Below are positions 41,225-50,431 of a DNA stretch of 64,000 nt, one piece after another. Made by a program: the position numbers and the translations under genes. Within the stretch, counting starts at the first letter, position 1. Each line of letters opens with the position of its first letter. The notes under the pieces are model-generated. The model ran no database searches. It had not been told where the DNA came from and worked only from the letters and a program-made list of their open reading frames with translations. Source of the DNA: Candidatus Krumholzibacteriia bacterium (GTDB lineage Bacteria > Krumholzibacteriota > Krumholzibacteriia > LZORAL124-64-63); assembly GCA_050174015.1 (NCBI GenBank), contig JBFXKG010000001.1, forward strand, positions 64,001-128,000, read 5' to 3'.

Positions 41225-41863
41225 ATGGTCGACCGGAACACCGTCGATTTGCGGGCCTACTGCATCATCGACAGCCTGCAGCCCCAGTTCGCCTCGTTCC
41301 AGGCCACCGTCGCCCAGGGCTTCCTGCCCCGGGTGGGCCAGGCCAGCCTGTTCGTGGAGATCGCCCCCGGCATCGAGATCAACCGGGTCACGGACATCGC
41401 CCTGAAGTCCACCAATGTGACGCCGGGCATGCAGATCGTCGAGCGGCACTTCGGTATGCTCGAGGTCCACAGCGACAGCCAGGCCGACGTGCGGCAGGCC
41501 GGCGCGGCCATCCTCGCGGCCCTCGGGCTGGCCGAGGACCGGCGCCTGCGGCCCCGCATCGTCTCGGACCAGGTGGTGCGCCACCTGGACGACCACCAGT
41601 GCATGCTCATCAACCGCATGCGGCACGGGAACCTGATCCTGGCTGGCCAGACCCTGTTCGTGCTCGAGTGCGAGCCGGCGGCCTACGCGGCCCTGGCCGC
41701 GAACGAGGCGGAGAAGGCGGCCGCCATCAACATCCTCGAGGTGCGGGCCTTCGGCAGCTTCGGCCGGGTCTACATCGGCGGCGAGGAGAAGGACGTGGCG
41801 GTGGCGCGGCCCGCGGCCGTGGCCGCCCTGGAGGCCATCACGGGCCGGGAGGTTGGGAAATGA
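41225..41863 (+). CDS. BMC-T shell protein (stacked trimer, CcmP/BMC-Tdp-like)
   Basis: LRAYCIIDSLQPQFAS, VEIAPG, VERHFGMLEVH, AANEAEKAA and GSFGRVY; AAGGAG RBS. Confidence 0.9.
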   Translation: MVDRNTVDLRAYCIIDSLQPQFASFQATVAQGFLPRVGQASLFVEIAPGIEINRVTDIALKSTNVTPGMQIVERHFGMLEVHSDSQADVRQAGAAILAALGLAEDRRLRPRIVSDQVVRHLDDHQCMLINRMRHGNLILAGQTLFVLECEPAAYAALAANEAEKAAAINILEVRAFGSFGRVYIGGEEKDVAVARPAAVAALEAITGREVGK

Positions 41864-42387
41864 GGTCGGGACGATCGGCGGTGGTATTCGGAATGTTGGC
41901 AGTCTTGATTCTCGGGGCAGGGGAGTCCAGGGCACAGGAGGCCGATCCCTGGAAAGTCATGGAACCTCTGGAGGGGATCTGGGAGGGGGCCGGCGAAGGA
42001 TTTGGACAGCAGGCGACGGTGACCCACACATGGGAGTTCATCTTCGATCGGACGTTCCTGCGATTAACGACCGAGTCCCGCGACTCCGCGGGCGGCGTCC
42101 ACAGGGACGTCGGCTACCTGAGCCGGAACACCGACAATGGGACGTTCGTTTTCCGGCAGTTCAACTCGGAGGGGTTCGTCAACACCTATGACGTGCTGGC
42201 CGGTCCGGACGGAAGCGGGTTGAACTTCGCCTACCGGGAATGCGAGAGCGCAGGAGGCATGAAGGCCAGGATGATCCTGGCGATGTTCGGGAAGGAAAAA
42301 TACGAGATGACCCTGGAGCTGGCGAGGGGAAACATGGAGTTCTCCCCCTGCCAGAGCATGACCATGAGGAGGAAGACCGATGGCTGA
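41860..42387 (+). CDS. Hypothetical exported beta-barrel-like protein
   Basis: Signal peptide ending ESRA-Q; L.G.W.G.G motif reminiscent of nitrobindin/lipocalin-like barrels; overlaps both neighbours. Confidence 0.7.
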   Translation: MRSGRSAVVFGMLAVLILGAGESRAQEADPWKVMEPLEGIWEGAGEGFGQQATVTHTWEFIFDRTFLRLTTESRDSAGGVHRDVGYLSRNTDNGTFVFRQFNSEGFVNTYDVLAGPDGSGLNFAYRECESAGGMKARMILAMFGKEKYEMTLELARGNMEFSPCQSMTMRRKTDG

Positions 42388-42667
42388 CGCCCTGGGAATG
42401 ATCGAATGCAGGAGTTTCGCGGCGACCGTCGAGGCCGCCGATGCGATGGTCAAGGCCGCCCGCGTGGAGCTGGTGGGCTACGAGAAGACCGGCGGCGGCT
42501 ACACGACGGCCATCGTGCGCGGCGACGTCGCCGCGGTGAAGGCCGCCTGCGACGCCGGCCAGACCGCCGCCACCCGCGTGGGTGAGATCGTGGCGGTGCA
42601 CGTGATCGCCCGCCCGCACGCCAACGTCGATGCGGTGATCCCCCTGGGTCGCCCGGGCGAAGAGTAG
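42380..42667 (+). CDS. BMC-H hexameric shell protein
   Basis: ALGMIE...[11 protein letters not shown]...[10 protein letters not shown]...VHVIARPH (PduA/EutM-like). Confidence 0.97.
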   Translation: MADALGMIECRSFAATVEAADAMVKAARVELVGYEKTGGGYTTAIVRGDVAAVKAACDAGQTAATRVGEIVAVHVIARPHANVDAVIPLGRPGEE

Positions 42668-42673
42668 GCGGCC

Positions 42674-42973
42674 GTGAATCTGGCCAAGGTTCTCGGTTCG
42701 GTGGTGGCCACGCGCAAGGAGGAGAGCATCGAGGGCTTGAAGCTATTGATGCTCGGCGTGGCCGGCCCCGACGGCAAGACCACCGGCGCGACGGTGGTGG
42801 CCGTGGATGCGGTGGGCGCGGGCGAGGGGGAGTACGTCCTGTACGCCTCGGGCTCGTCGGCCCGCCAGACGAAGGCCACGGAGGGCCGACCGGTCGATGC
42901 GGTGGTCATGGCCATCGTGGACAGCTGGGACACGGACGGCCAGCTGCGCTACAAGAAGGGCCGTGACGGATGA
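42674..42973 (+). CDS. BMC-P pentameric vertex protein (EutN/CcmL family) 1
   Basis: [12 protein letters not shown]...[20 protein letters not shown]...DAVVMAIVD. Confidence 0.95.
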   Translation: MNLAKVLGSVVATRKEESIEGLKLLMLGVAGPDGKTTGATVVAVDAVGAGEGEYVLYASGSSARQTKATEGRPVDAVVMAIVDSWDTDGQLRYKKGRDG

Positions 42974-44475
42974 GCCGGCTGACGGATCAGCAGATCGACC
43001 GTATCGCCAGGGAACTGGCCGGGCGGCTCGGAGCGGGCGCGACCCCCCGCACCGTGTCCGAGCCGCCTCCGGCCGTCCTCGGCGGCTACGTGGTCCGGCC
43101 GCAGGTGGAAAGGAGTTCCCCTGCGGCCGCGGCTCCTGCCGCCGCCCCGGGCGACGGGGTCTTCGCCACCGTGGGCGAGTGCATCACCGCGGCGCGGGCG
43201 GCCTTCGGGGAGCTCAGCGCCTCCACGCTGCACAAGCGGACGGTGATCATCGCGGCCGTCCGCGAGGCCATGCTCAAGCACGGGGACGAGCTGGCCCGGC
43301 ACGCCTGGGAGGAGACCGGGCTGGGCCGGTACGAGGACAAGGTCGTCAAGAACAGGCTCGTCACGGAGAAGACGCCGGGCACGGAGGCCCTCGTCCCCGA
43401 GACCGTCACCGGCGACCGCGGCCTGACCCTCACCGAGTGGGCGCCCTTCGGGGTGATCGGGGCCATCACCCCGACCACCAATCCCACCAGCACCGTCATC
43501 TGCAACACCATCGGGATGCTGGCAGCCGGCAACAGCGTGGTTTTCAACGTGCATCCCGGGGCTGCCGGCTGCTCCATGGCCGCGGTGAGGCTGATCAACC
43601 GGGCCATCACCGCGGTCGGCGGTCCTGCCAACCTGGTGACCGCCGTGGCGAAGCCCACCATCGAGTCGGCGACCGAACTGATGCATCATCCGGGCATCAA
43701 CCTGCTGGTGGTCACCGGCGGGCCGGGCGTGGTCAAGGCGGCGATGAAGAGCGGCAAGCGGGCGGTCTGCGCCGGACCCGGCAACCCGCCGGTGGTGGTG
43801 GACGAGACCGCGGACGTCCGCAAGGCCGGCCGGGACATCGTCTTCGGGGCGGGATTCGACAACAACATCATCTGCGTGGACGAGAAGGAGGTCTTCGTGG
43901 TGGCGAGCGTGGCCGACGAGCTGCTCGCGGCCATGAAGGCGGCCGGGGCCTACGTCGCCGACCAGTCCGAACTGCGGAAGCTGGAGAAGGAGATCTTCTC
44001 CGAGATCCGCGGGCCCCGCACCCACTCGGTCGTCAACAAGGATCTCGTCGGGAAGAACGCCGGCGAGATCCTGGGCCGTATCGGCGTGCGCAAGGGTCCC
44101 GAGTGCCGGCTCGTCGTCGCCGAGGTGCCCGAGGACCATCCCCTGGTCTGGTCCGAGCAGCTGATGCCGGTGCTGCCGGTGGTGCGCGTGCCGGACGTGA
44201 ACCGGGCCATCGATCTGGCCCGGGAGGCCGAGCACGGGTTCGGCCACTCCGCCAGCATGCACTCGCGCAACATCGACGCTCTCAGCCGAATGGCGCGGGT
44301 GATCAACACCAGCATCTTCGTCAAGAACGGACCCATCGTGGCCGGGCTCGGGTCCGGCGGCGAGGGCACCACCAGCTTCACCATCGCCAGCCCCACCGGG
44401 GAAGGCATGACCGGCCCGCGCAGCTTCTCGCGCCGCCGCCGGTGCGTGATGGTGGATCACTTCAGGATCGTGTGA
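42970..44475 (+). CDS. CoA-acylating aldehyde dehydrogenase (EutE/PduP family) with N-terminal encapsulation peptide
   Basis: [48 protein letters not shown] (catalytic Cys), [10 protein letters not shown]-terminal [17 protein letters not shown]. Confidence 0.95.
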   Translation: MSRLTDQQIDRIARELAGRLGAGATPRTVSEPPPAVLGGYVVRPQVERSSPAAAAPAAAPGDGVFATVGECITAARAAFGELSASTLHKRTVIIAAVREAMLKHGDELARHAWEETGLGRYEDKVVKNRLVTEKTPGTEALVPETVTGDRGLTLTEWAPFGVIGAITPTTNPTSTVICNTIGMLAAGNSVVFNVHPGAAGCSMAAVRLINRAITAVGGPANLVTAVAKPTIESATELMHHPGINLLVVTGGPGVVKAAMKSGKRAVCAGPGNPPVVVDETADVRKAGRDIVFGAGFDNNIICVDEKEVFVVASVADELLAAMKAAGAYVADQSELRKLEKEIFSEIRGPRTHSVVNKDLVGKNAGEILGRIGVRKGPECRLVVAEVPEDHPLVWSEQLMPVLPVVRVPDVNRAIDLAREAEHGFGHSASMHSRNIDALSRMARVINTSIFVKNGPIVAGLGSGGEGTTSFTIASPTGEGMTGPRSFSRRRRCVMVDHFRIV

Positions 44476-45092
44476 TGAACAAGTCCTTGGCTCTCCTGGA
44501 ATTCGGAAGCACGGCCGTCGGCATCCTGGCCATCGACCGCATGCTCAAACGTTCGCCCGTGGCCCTGCTTCGTTGCGGCACTGTGCACCCGGGCCGGTAC
44601 CTGGCCCTGGTCGGCGGCTCGGTGGCCGCCGCCGAGGAGGCCCACGCCGAGGGCGGCCGCGTCGGCGCCGAGAACGCCGCCCTCATCGACGAGGTCCTGC
44701 TGCCCGACCCCCACCCCCTGCTGTCGGCCGCCCTGGGCGGCGCACGCTGCGCCCCGGCCGGCGATGCGGCCGGCGTCATCGAGGTCTCGACCTCGCCCGG
44801 TCTGCTGCGGGCCCTCGACAGGGCGCTGAAGGCCGTCCCGGTTTCCCTGGTGGAGGTGCGCCTGGCCGACGATCTCGGGGGCCGGGCGCTGGCGATCGTG
44901 GACGGCCTTCTGCCCGACGTGAAGGAGGCCCTGGACGTCGCCGTCGGCGGGGCCGGTTCCTGCGCCCAGGTGCTGGGCGCTTCCCTCATGCCGCGCCTGG
45001 ACGAGACCCTGCGCGGGGTCCTGGCCGCCGGCACCCGCTTCGCGACGTGCGTCCCCTGCGAACCTGTTGGCGCCGAGACGGTGGAGGGCTGA
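44475..45092 (+). CDS. BMC-T tandem-domain shell protein
   Basis: LALLEFGSTAVGILAIDRMLK...HPGRYL.LVGG and AGVIEV...LDRALKA...RLADDLGGR. Confidence 0.88.
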   Translation: MNKSLALLEFGSTAVGILAIDRMLKRSPVALLRCGTVHPGRYLALVGGSVAAAEEAHAEGGRVGAENAALIDEVLLPDPHPLLSAALGGARCAPAGDAAGVIEVSTSPGLLRALDRALKAVPVSLVEVRLADDLGGRALAIVDGLLPDVKEALDVAVGGAGSCAQVLGASLMPRLDETLRGVLAAGTRFATCVPCEPVGAETVEG

Positions 45093-45094
45093 CC

Positions 45095-45379
45095 GTGTTC
45101 CTGGGCAAGGTCATCGGCACCGTGGTGCCCGCGGTCGTCTCCGAGGGACTCGCCGGCGTGCCCCTTCTGTGGGTGCAGCCCCTGGACAAGCGGGGCGAAC
45201 CCGAAGGCAGACCCTTCGTGTGCGCCGACGGCACGCGCATGGCCGGTCCCGGCGAGAGGATCTACTGGGAAGCCAGCCGCGAGGCCGCCCTCACCCTCGA
45301 TCCCAGCTTCGTGCCCGTGGACCACGCGGTGGTCGGCATCGTCGACGACCTGCAGATCGATCCGGAGCCACGATCATGA
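45095..45379 (+). CDS. BMC-P pentameric vertex protein 2
   Basis: GTG start; FLGKVIGTVVPA...AGPGE.I....REAA...PVDHAVVGIVD. Confidence 0.9.
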   Translation: MFLGKVIGTVVPAVVSEGLAGVPLLWVQPLDKRGEPEGRPFVCADGTRMAGPGERIYWEASREAALTLDPSFVPVDHAVVGIVDDLQIDPEPRS

Positions 45380-45663
45380 TCTACGCGCGCGTTACCGGAC
45401 GCATCACCTCGACCATCCACCACCGGGACATGGCGGCCCGCAAGCTGCTGGTCTGCGACAAGCTGGGCCCGGACGGGAAACCGTCCGGCGGCTACGTCAT
45501 CGCCATCGACACCGTCGGAGCCGGCGCCGGGGAGACCGTGATCATCCTGGACGAGGGCAACGGCGCCCGGCAGATCCTGGGGGTCAAGGACATGCCCGTG
45601 CGGTCGGTGGTGGTCGGCGTGGTGGACGAGGTCGCGGCATCCACGCTCGACCCGGGGCCATGA
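45376..45663 (+). CDS. BMC-P pentameric vertex protein 3
   Basis: ARVTGRITST...IAIDTVGAGAGETV...EGNGAR...VVGVVD; ATGA overlap. Confidence 0.92.
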   Translation: MIYARVTGRITSTIHHRDMAARKLLVCDKLGPDGKPSGGYVIAIDTVGAGAGETVIILDEGNGARQILGVKDMPVRSVVVGVVDEVAASTLDPGP

Positions 45664-45683
45664 AGTCCCACCCCGTTGAGGGC

Positions 45684-46280
45684 TCAACCCGGTGAGGGTC
45701 CGTCTCCCCGACGCTCCATCCATCCCGGGGCAACGAGGGCGATCCAGATCACCAGCCCAGCGAACTCCCCGCTCGATGTGGCGAAGCTGTAGGCCGAAAC
45801 GGCCCAAATCAGCATCCGGTCCAGAGCCGCCGGAAAGTCGATAATCTGCCACGGCGTCTCATCCGTCATCAGCTTCAGGTGGATCAACCCGATCCTGGCG
45901 GCCAGCGCGACCTCCAGGAGGACGAAGGCGATGGCGGTCGGCTTCGATCGCCGACGCCAGGGCAACGGTGTGGCGAGGACCAGGGCGAGCAGGAAGGTGT
46001 TGGGGAAGTAGAAACCGGGCCCCGCACCGTAGGGGACGTTGAACAGATCCCGTCCGCCCCTCGGGACGATCCCGACGCTGATGTTGTCGGAGGAGGCGGG
46101 GGCGTGCTCCACCAATCGGTGGACGACGGCGACATCATTCCTAAGGGGGGGGGGCAGAACATTGAAGATCCCGCACAGGGCTCGGGTGCAGGGGACCGCG
46201 ACCGTCGGCCAGAGGGCGAAGGCGACGGCCTGGATGGCCAGGACGATGAGGAAGGAACGGAGCAACGTCCGGGCCGTCAT
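45684..46280 (-). CDS. Exosortase-associated membrane protein
   Basis: Several TM helices; FLLALVLATPLPWRRR; ATGA-coupled to the exosortase gene. Confidence 0.65.
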   Translation of the reverse strand: MTARTLLRSFLIVLAIQAVAFALWPTVAVPCTRALCGIFNVLPPPLRNDVAVVHRLVEHAPASSDNISVGIVPRGGRDLFNVPYGAGPGFYFPNTFLLALVLATPLPWRRRSKPTAIAFVLLEVALAARIGLIHLKLMTDETPWQIIDFPAALDRMLIWAVSAYSFATSSGEFAGLVIWIALVAPGWMERRGDGPSPG

Positions 46281-46801
46281 GTCCGTCGCCTGAACGAGAT
46301 TCGGACGAAGACGAACCACAGCCCGAAGCTGAGGAGGATCATGGCCGGCTGCCAGATCCCTTCGTGGAACAGGTCGAACGAACCCGGCCAGTGGACCCCG
46401 ATGAAATAGAGGGAGACGATCCGGACCAGATTGACCGCCGCGAGCGCCGCAGAACCGCACGCCGCCCCCAGGAGACGCAGCGCCCGGCCGCCGGGAATGG
46501 CCAGGACTCCTGCGATGAAAACGATGATCGCGTCCACGGCGTCGCAATCGGTGACGATGGAGAAGGCGAAGCTATTGCCGGCGACCATGTTCCCGTGGGC
46601 GACGACCTGCTCTCCGAGGACCCGGAGGACGACGGCCGAGGATTTCGCCAGGGCTTCGAGGTAGGATTCGAAGGCTGGATTCGGACGCAGGATGCCGTGG
46701 TAGAAAATTTCGCCGGCGGCGAGAACCGTGAGGAATCTTCCCAGGAAGGCGAAGTAGGCCCCCGCAGGTCCCTGCATGGCGCTGGCGATCCCTCCGGACA
46801 T
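46277..46801 (-). CDS. xrtH: Exosortase H-family (exosortase/archaeosortase) transpeptidase
   Basis: Cys (IVTDCDAV), Arg (NLVRIVSL) and His (FDLFHEGIWQ) in a short multi-TM protein; start uncertain (46801 or 46777). Confidence 0.8.
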   Translation of the reverse strand: MSGGIASAMQGPAGAYFAFLGRFLTVLAAGEIFYHGILRPNPAFESYLEALAKSSAVVLRVLGEQVVAHGNMVAGNSFAFSIVTDCDAVDAIIVFIAGVLAIPGGRALRLLGAACGSAALAAVNLVRIVSLYFIGVHWPGSFDLFHEGIWQPAMILLSFGLWFVFVRISFRRRT

Positions 46802-47016
46802 CCAGGATTCCAATCCGATGGGGGGTGGCGGTCGGGTTCGAACCGGAGCATCGCCCCTGAACAGGCCGCCGCAAACAAGGGCGGATTCATTGTTGACCAA
46901 TTCAAACCGATTTGGTATGAATTAGTCAACCCTGGACCGGGTGCTGGGTGGTGTGTTCGACCGGTCTTTGGTCCTGGGCATGGCCGGTCCCAATCCTTTC
47001 GAAAGGAGCGGCCGCC

Positions 47017-48405
47017 ATGCGCCCGATCATCCCTGTCTCCTGCATCCTCATCCTCATCAGCCTCTTCGGCAGCGCGACCCCTTCCCAGGCCGTGAATTAC
47101 ATCAACGACTGGCACTGGACCTGGACCCGGGCCACCCAGACGTTGGCGCCGAATGTCAATCCCCTCGTCCTGAACCCCGCCACCTGGGGAAGTTGGGACC
47201 CCTACATCAACTACATCATTGTGACGGCGAAGAGCGCCGAAGGCATGGGGGCCGCAGGAAGACCGACCGACAAGGCGGCATACATCATCGACTGGGACTG
47301 GGTGGTGAATCAGCAGGGAATCGCAGGGACCAACCAGAATCCCCTCGTGCTCGATCCGGCCACCTGGGTCGGCTTTTCCCCGGTCTGGACCGAGATGGTC
47401 GTCGCCGACAACAAGACCCTCGATCCGGAATGGAGTGCCAGGGCCGATGCGGCCGAGGGGAAGCCCACCGACAAGGCGGCGTACATCATCGACTGGAACT
47501 TCACGGTGACCGCGGCCGGGGTCGCCATGACGAACCAGAATCCCCTCGTGCTCGACCCGGACACATGGACGGGGTTCTCCCCGGTCTGGACCGAGATGAT
47601 CATCGGGGACGGCAGCCCGTTCCCCTGGACGAGGGTCACCTTCACGCAGACCGCCGGGCCCATTCCGAACGCCTTCGATGCGGTGATCCTGAGCGGGCAG
47701 CTCAGCAACTGCGGCACCTCCATCCTGAATGCCGGGTGTGTCGAGATCGGCAACCTGCCTCCCGGTCTCTACGCGATCGACGTCGTCGTGGAACCCGGCC
47801 TGGCCTTGACGCAGGTCCAGGTCCAGGTCCTCAACCCCGGGTGGACGAGAGTCACCTTCACCCAGACCGCCGGGCCCATGCCGAACGCCTTCGACGCGGT
47901 GATCGACAGGGGCGATCTCAGCAACTGCGGAACCTCCATCCTGAATGCCGAGTGTGTCGAGATCGGCAACCTGCCTCCCGGTCTCTACGCGATCGACGTC
48001 GTTGTGGAACCCGGTTTCGCCTTGACGCAGGCCCAGATCCAGATCATCGACAACACCCCCTGGTATTCGGTCACCTTCAACCAGACCGCAGGACCGGTCC
48101 CCAACGTGTTCGGGCCCCTCACTGTCTACAACGGAGAAGTCAGCAACTGCGCATCCATACTGGATGCCCAATGCAGGTATATCGGCAACGTCCAGCCGGG
48201 CATCTACGGTATCCAGGCGACCATGACCTTTGTCGGCAATAAGGCCCCGGTGACCCGGACGATCCCGCTGGAAGTCGGGTCGGGAACCGTCGTCGTCTCG
48301 GGGGGCGCCACACCCGCGGTGAGCAGCGCGGGATTGATCGTGCTGGGATTGTCGATCCTTACCGGTGGAGGGGTCCTGGTCCGGCGCAGCCGGAAAGGTG
48401 CCTGA
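47017..48405 (+). CDS. Secreted repeat protein with IPTL-CTERM-like C-terminal sorting signal
   Basis: AAGGAG RBS; signal peptide (..PSQA); two families of triple repeats; tail TPAVSSAG + hydrophobic helix + RRSRK. Confidence 0.8.
   Translation: MRPIIPVSCILILISLFGSATPSQAVNYINDWHWTWTRATQTLAPNVNPLVLNPATWGSWDPYINYIIVTAKSAEGMGAAGRPTDKAAYIIDWDWVVNQQGIAGTNQNPLVLDPATWVGFSPVWTEMVVADNKTLDPEWSARADAAEGKPTDKAAYIIDWNFTVTAAGVAMTNQNPLVLDPDTWTGFSPVWTEMIIGDGSPFPWTRVTFTQTAGPIPNAFDAVILSGQLSNCGTSILNAGCVEIGNLPPGLYAIDVVVEPGLALTQVQVQVLNPGWTRVTFTQTAGPMPNAFDAVIDRGDLSNCGTSILNAECVEIGNLPPGLYAIDVVVEPGFALTQAQIQIIDNTPWYSVTFNQTAGPVPNVFGPLTVYNGEVSNCASILDAQCRYIGNVQPGIYGIQATMTFVGNKAPVTRTIPLEVGSGTVVVSGGATPAVSSAGLIVLGLSILTGGGVLVRRSRKGA
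47626..48057 (+). repeat. Intragenic 216-bp tandem duplication (72-aa unit) with a diverged third copy from 48061
   Basis: WTRVTFTQTAGP.PNAFDAVI...SNCGTSILNA.CVEIGNLPPGLYAIDVVVEPG starts at 47626 and 47842 with near-identical DNA. Confidence 0.9.
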
Positions 48406-48651
48406 CCCGATTCGTCCGAGCCCAGAGGTCCTTCAGTCCCTTTCGGACTCCGGGAGTCCACGGCGGGCCGCGAACCTGGCCACCTCCTCGGGGTCTGCCG
48501 CCGGGTACTCCGGTTCCAGGGACCGCAGCGTCTTCACGAGGGTCTCGGCGACCGCATCCAGCAGGGGAAGCGCCGGATTCATCAGATCCTCCTTGCCAAA
48601 AGAGACTAAACGGACCTTATTGTCCTTTAAGTTTCAGCAAGGAGGATTCCC

Positions 48652-49911
48652 GTGAGCGAACTGATCCACGATCGCCGCCGCCGGCAGGACCTGCTCAAGC
48701 ACATGATCCTGCAGCTCCACGCCGGCGAGGCCCCCGAATCGGTCAAGCACCAGCTGGTCCAGCTGCTGGGCCGCATCCCCTACGACGACGTGGTCGTCGT
48801 CGAGCAGGAGCTCATCGCCGAGGGCACCCCGGTCGAGGAGATCCTGAAGCTCTGCGACATCCATCACCAGGCCATGAAGGGGTCCCTCGACTCCGGGTCG
48901 CAATCCGAACTTCCCCAGGGACATCCGGTCCGGGTGTTCCGCGAGGAGAACCGGGCCCTGGAGTGGGAGACCGGCCTCATCGCCAAGATCCTGGGGCAGG
49001 TCGCCGACCTGCCGGCTGACGAGACGCCCGGAGACCTGCTGGGCGAGTTGCGCATGCGCTTCAACTCCCTGATGGACGTGGAGAAGCACTACCTGCGCAA
49101 GGAGAACCTGCTGTTCCCCTACCTGGAGAAGAAGGGGATCACGGGCCCGCCGACGGTGATGTGGGGCAAGCACGACGAGGCCCGGGCCCTGCTCAAGGGC
49201 GCGGCGGAGGTCCTGGCGACGGCCGCCGCCGACGGGGTGACCGCCGGCGAGCTTACCGCCGCCCTGGAACTGACCCTCAATCCTGCCCTGGAGGCGGTGA
49301 CGGGCATGGTGGACAAGGAGGAGCAGATCCTGCTGCCCATGTGCCTGGACGCCCTGACGGAGGCCGAATGGTTCGCGATCGCCGAGGGCAGCGACGAGAT
49401 CGGCTGGTGCCTGGTGGTGCCCGAGGGCCGGTGGGTGCCCGCGGGGATGGACGCTCCCGCCGGAACGGCCGCTGCCGACGGCCAGAAGGTCAAGTTCCCC
49501 ACGGGGATGCTCACCCCGGCCCAGCTCGAGGTCCTGCTCAACACCATCCCGTTCGACGTGACCTTCGTGGATTCGGAGGATACCGTCCGCTACTTCAGCC
49601 ACGGCCGCGAGCGCATCTTCGCCCGCACCAAGGCCATCCTGGGCCGGAAGGTGCAGTACTGCCATCCGCCCAAGAGCGTGAGCATGGTCGAGCGCATCCT
49701 GGACGACTTCCGCGGCGGGCAACAGGACCACGCCCGCTTCTGGATCACCCTGGGCGGCCGATTCCTGTGCATCGAGTACTTCGCCATGCGGAGCGAGGAC
49801 GGGACGTACCTGGGCTGCCTCGAGGTGAGCCAGGATCTCACCGAGAAGCGCGCCCTCAGCGGGGAGCAACGCCTGCTGAACTACGTGGGAGGAGAGAAGA
49901 ACGATGGCTGA
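48652..49911 (+). CDS. DUF438 / hemerythrin / PAS domain protein
   Basis: EQELI.EG...LCDIH; GHPV..F.EEN; HYLRKENLLFP; VMWGKHDE; PAS-like VQYCHPPKS; AAGGAGG RBS with GTG. Confidence 0.9.
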   Translation: MSELIHDRRRRQDLLKHMILQLHAGEAPESVKHQLVQLLGRIPYDDVVVVEQELIAEGTPVEEILKLCDIHHQAMKGSLDSGSQSELPQGHPVRVFREENRALEWETGLIAKILGQVADLPADETPGDLLGELRMRFNSLMDVEKHYLRKENLLFPYLEKKGITGPPTVMWGKHDEARALLKGAAEVLATAAADGVTAGELTAALELTLNPALEAVTGMVDKEEQILLPMCLDALTEAEWFAIAEGSDEIGWCLVVPEGRWVPAGMDAPAGTAAADGQKVKFPTGMLTPAQLEVLLNTIPFDVTFVDSEDTVRYFSHGRERIFARTKAILGRKVQYCHPPKSVSMVERILDDFRGGQQDHARFWITLGGRFLCIEYFAMRSEDGTYLGCLEVSQDLTEKRALSGEQRLLNYVGGEKNDG

Positions 49912-50431
49912 CCGCGTGGACATCGCCCCCGAGACCAAGCTGGCCGACCTGCTGGATTCCTGGCCCGGACTGGAGGACGAGCTCATCCGGATCGCACCGC
50001 CGTTCGCCAAGCTGCGCAACCCGGTCCTGCGCCGGACGATCGCCCGGGTCACCACCCTGCGCCAGGCGGCCGGGGTGGGCGGCGTGCCGTTGCCCGAGCT
50101 GATCTCCCGCTTGCGGCAGGCTGCGGGCCTGCAGGAACTCGCGGTGGACGGGGAGAACGGAGCCCGATCAGCGGGGCGTCCCTCCTGGCTGGACACCGTC
50201 ACCGTGGTCGAACGATACGACGCCCGCGAGGACATCGAGGCCGGCAGGCATCCGGTGGGCGCGGTCCTGGCCCGGCTCAAGACCCTGGTTCTCGGCGAAG
50301 CCTACGAACTGGTGACGGGATTCGAACCCACGCCGCTGATCGACAGGGCACGGGACCAGGGGGCTCTGGCCTGGACGAGCGCGGAGGGGGACGGGCTGTT
50401 CGTGACCACCTTCGCGGTGGCTCCGGACTAG
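49904..50431 (+). CDS. DUF1858 domain protein with C-terminal DUF2249-like region
   Basis: F.KLRNPVLRRT.ARVTTLRQAA; YDAR...G.HP...FEPTPLI; overlaps the upstream gene. Confidence 0.8.
   Translation: MADRVDIAPETKLADLLDSWPGLEDELIRIAPPFAKLRNPVLRRTIARVTTLRQAAGVGGVPLPELISRLRQAAGLQELAVDGENGARSAGRPSWLDTVTVVERYDAREDIEAGRHPVGAVLARLKTLVLGEAYELVTGFEPTPLIDRARDQGALAWTSAEGDGLFVTTFAVAPD

Noticed and set aside
47626..48057. Near-identical DNA repeats considered as a diversity-generating retroelement TR/VR pair
   Set aside because: The repeats are in-frame tandem domain duplications, the differences are not adenine-specific, and no reverse transcriptase is in the window.
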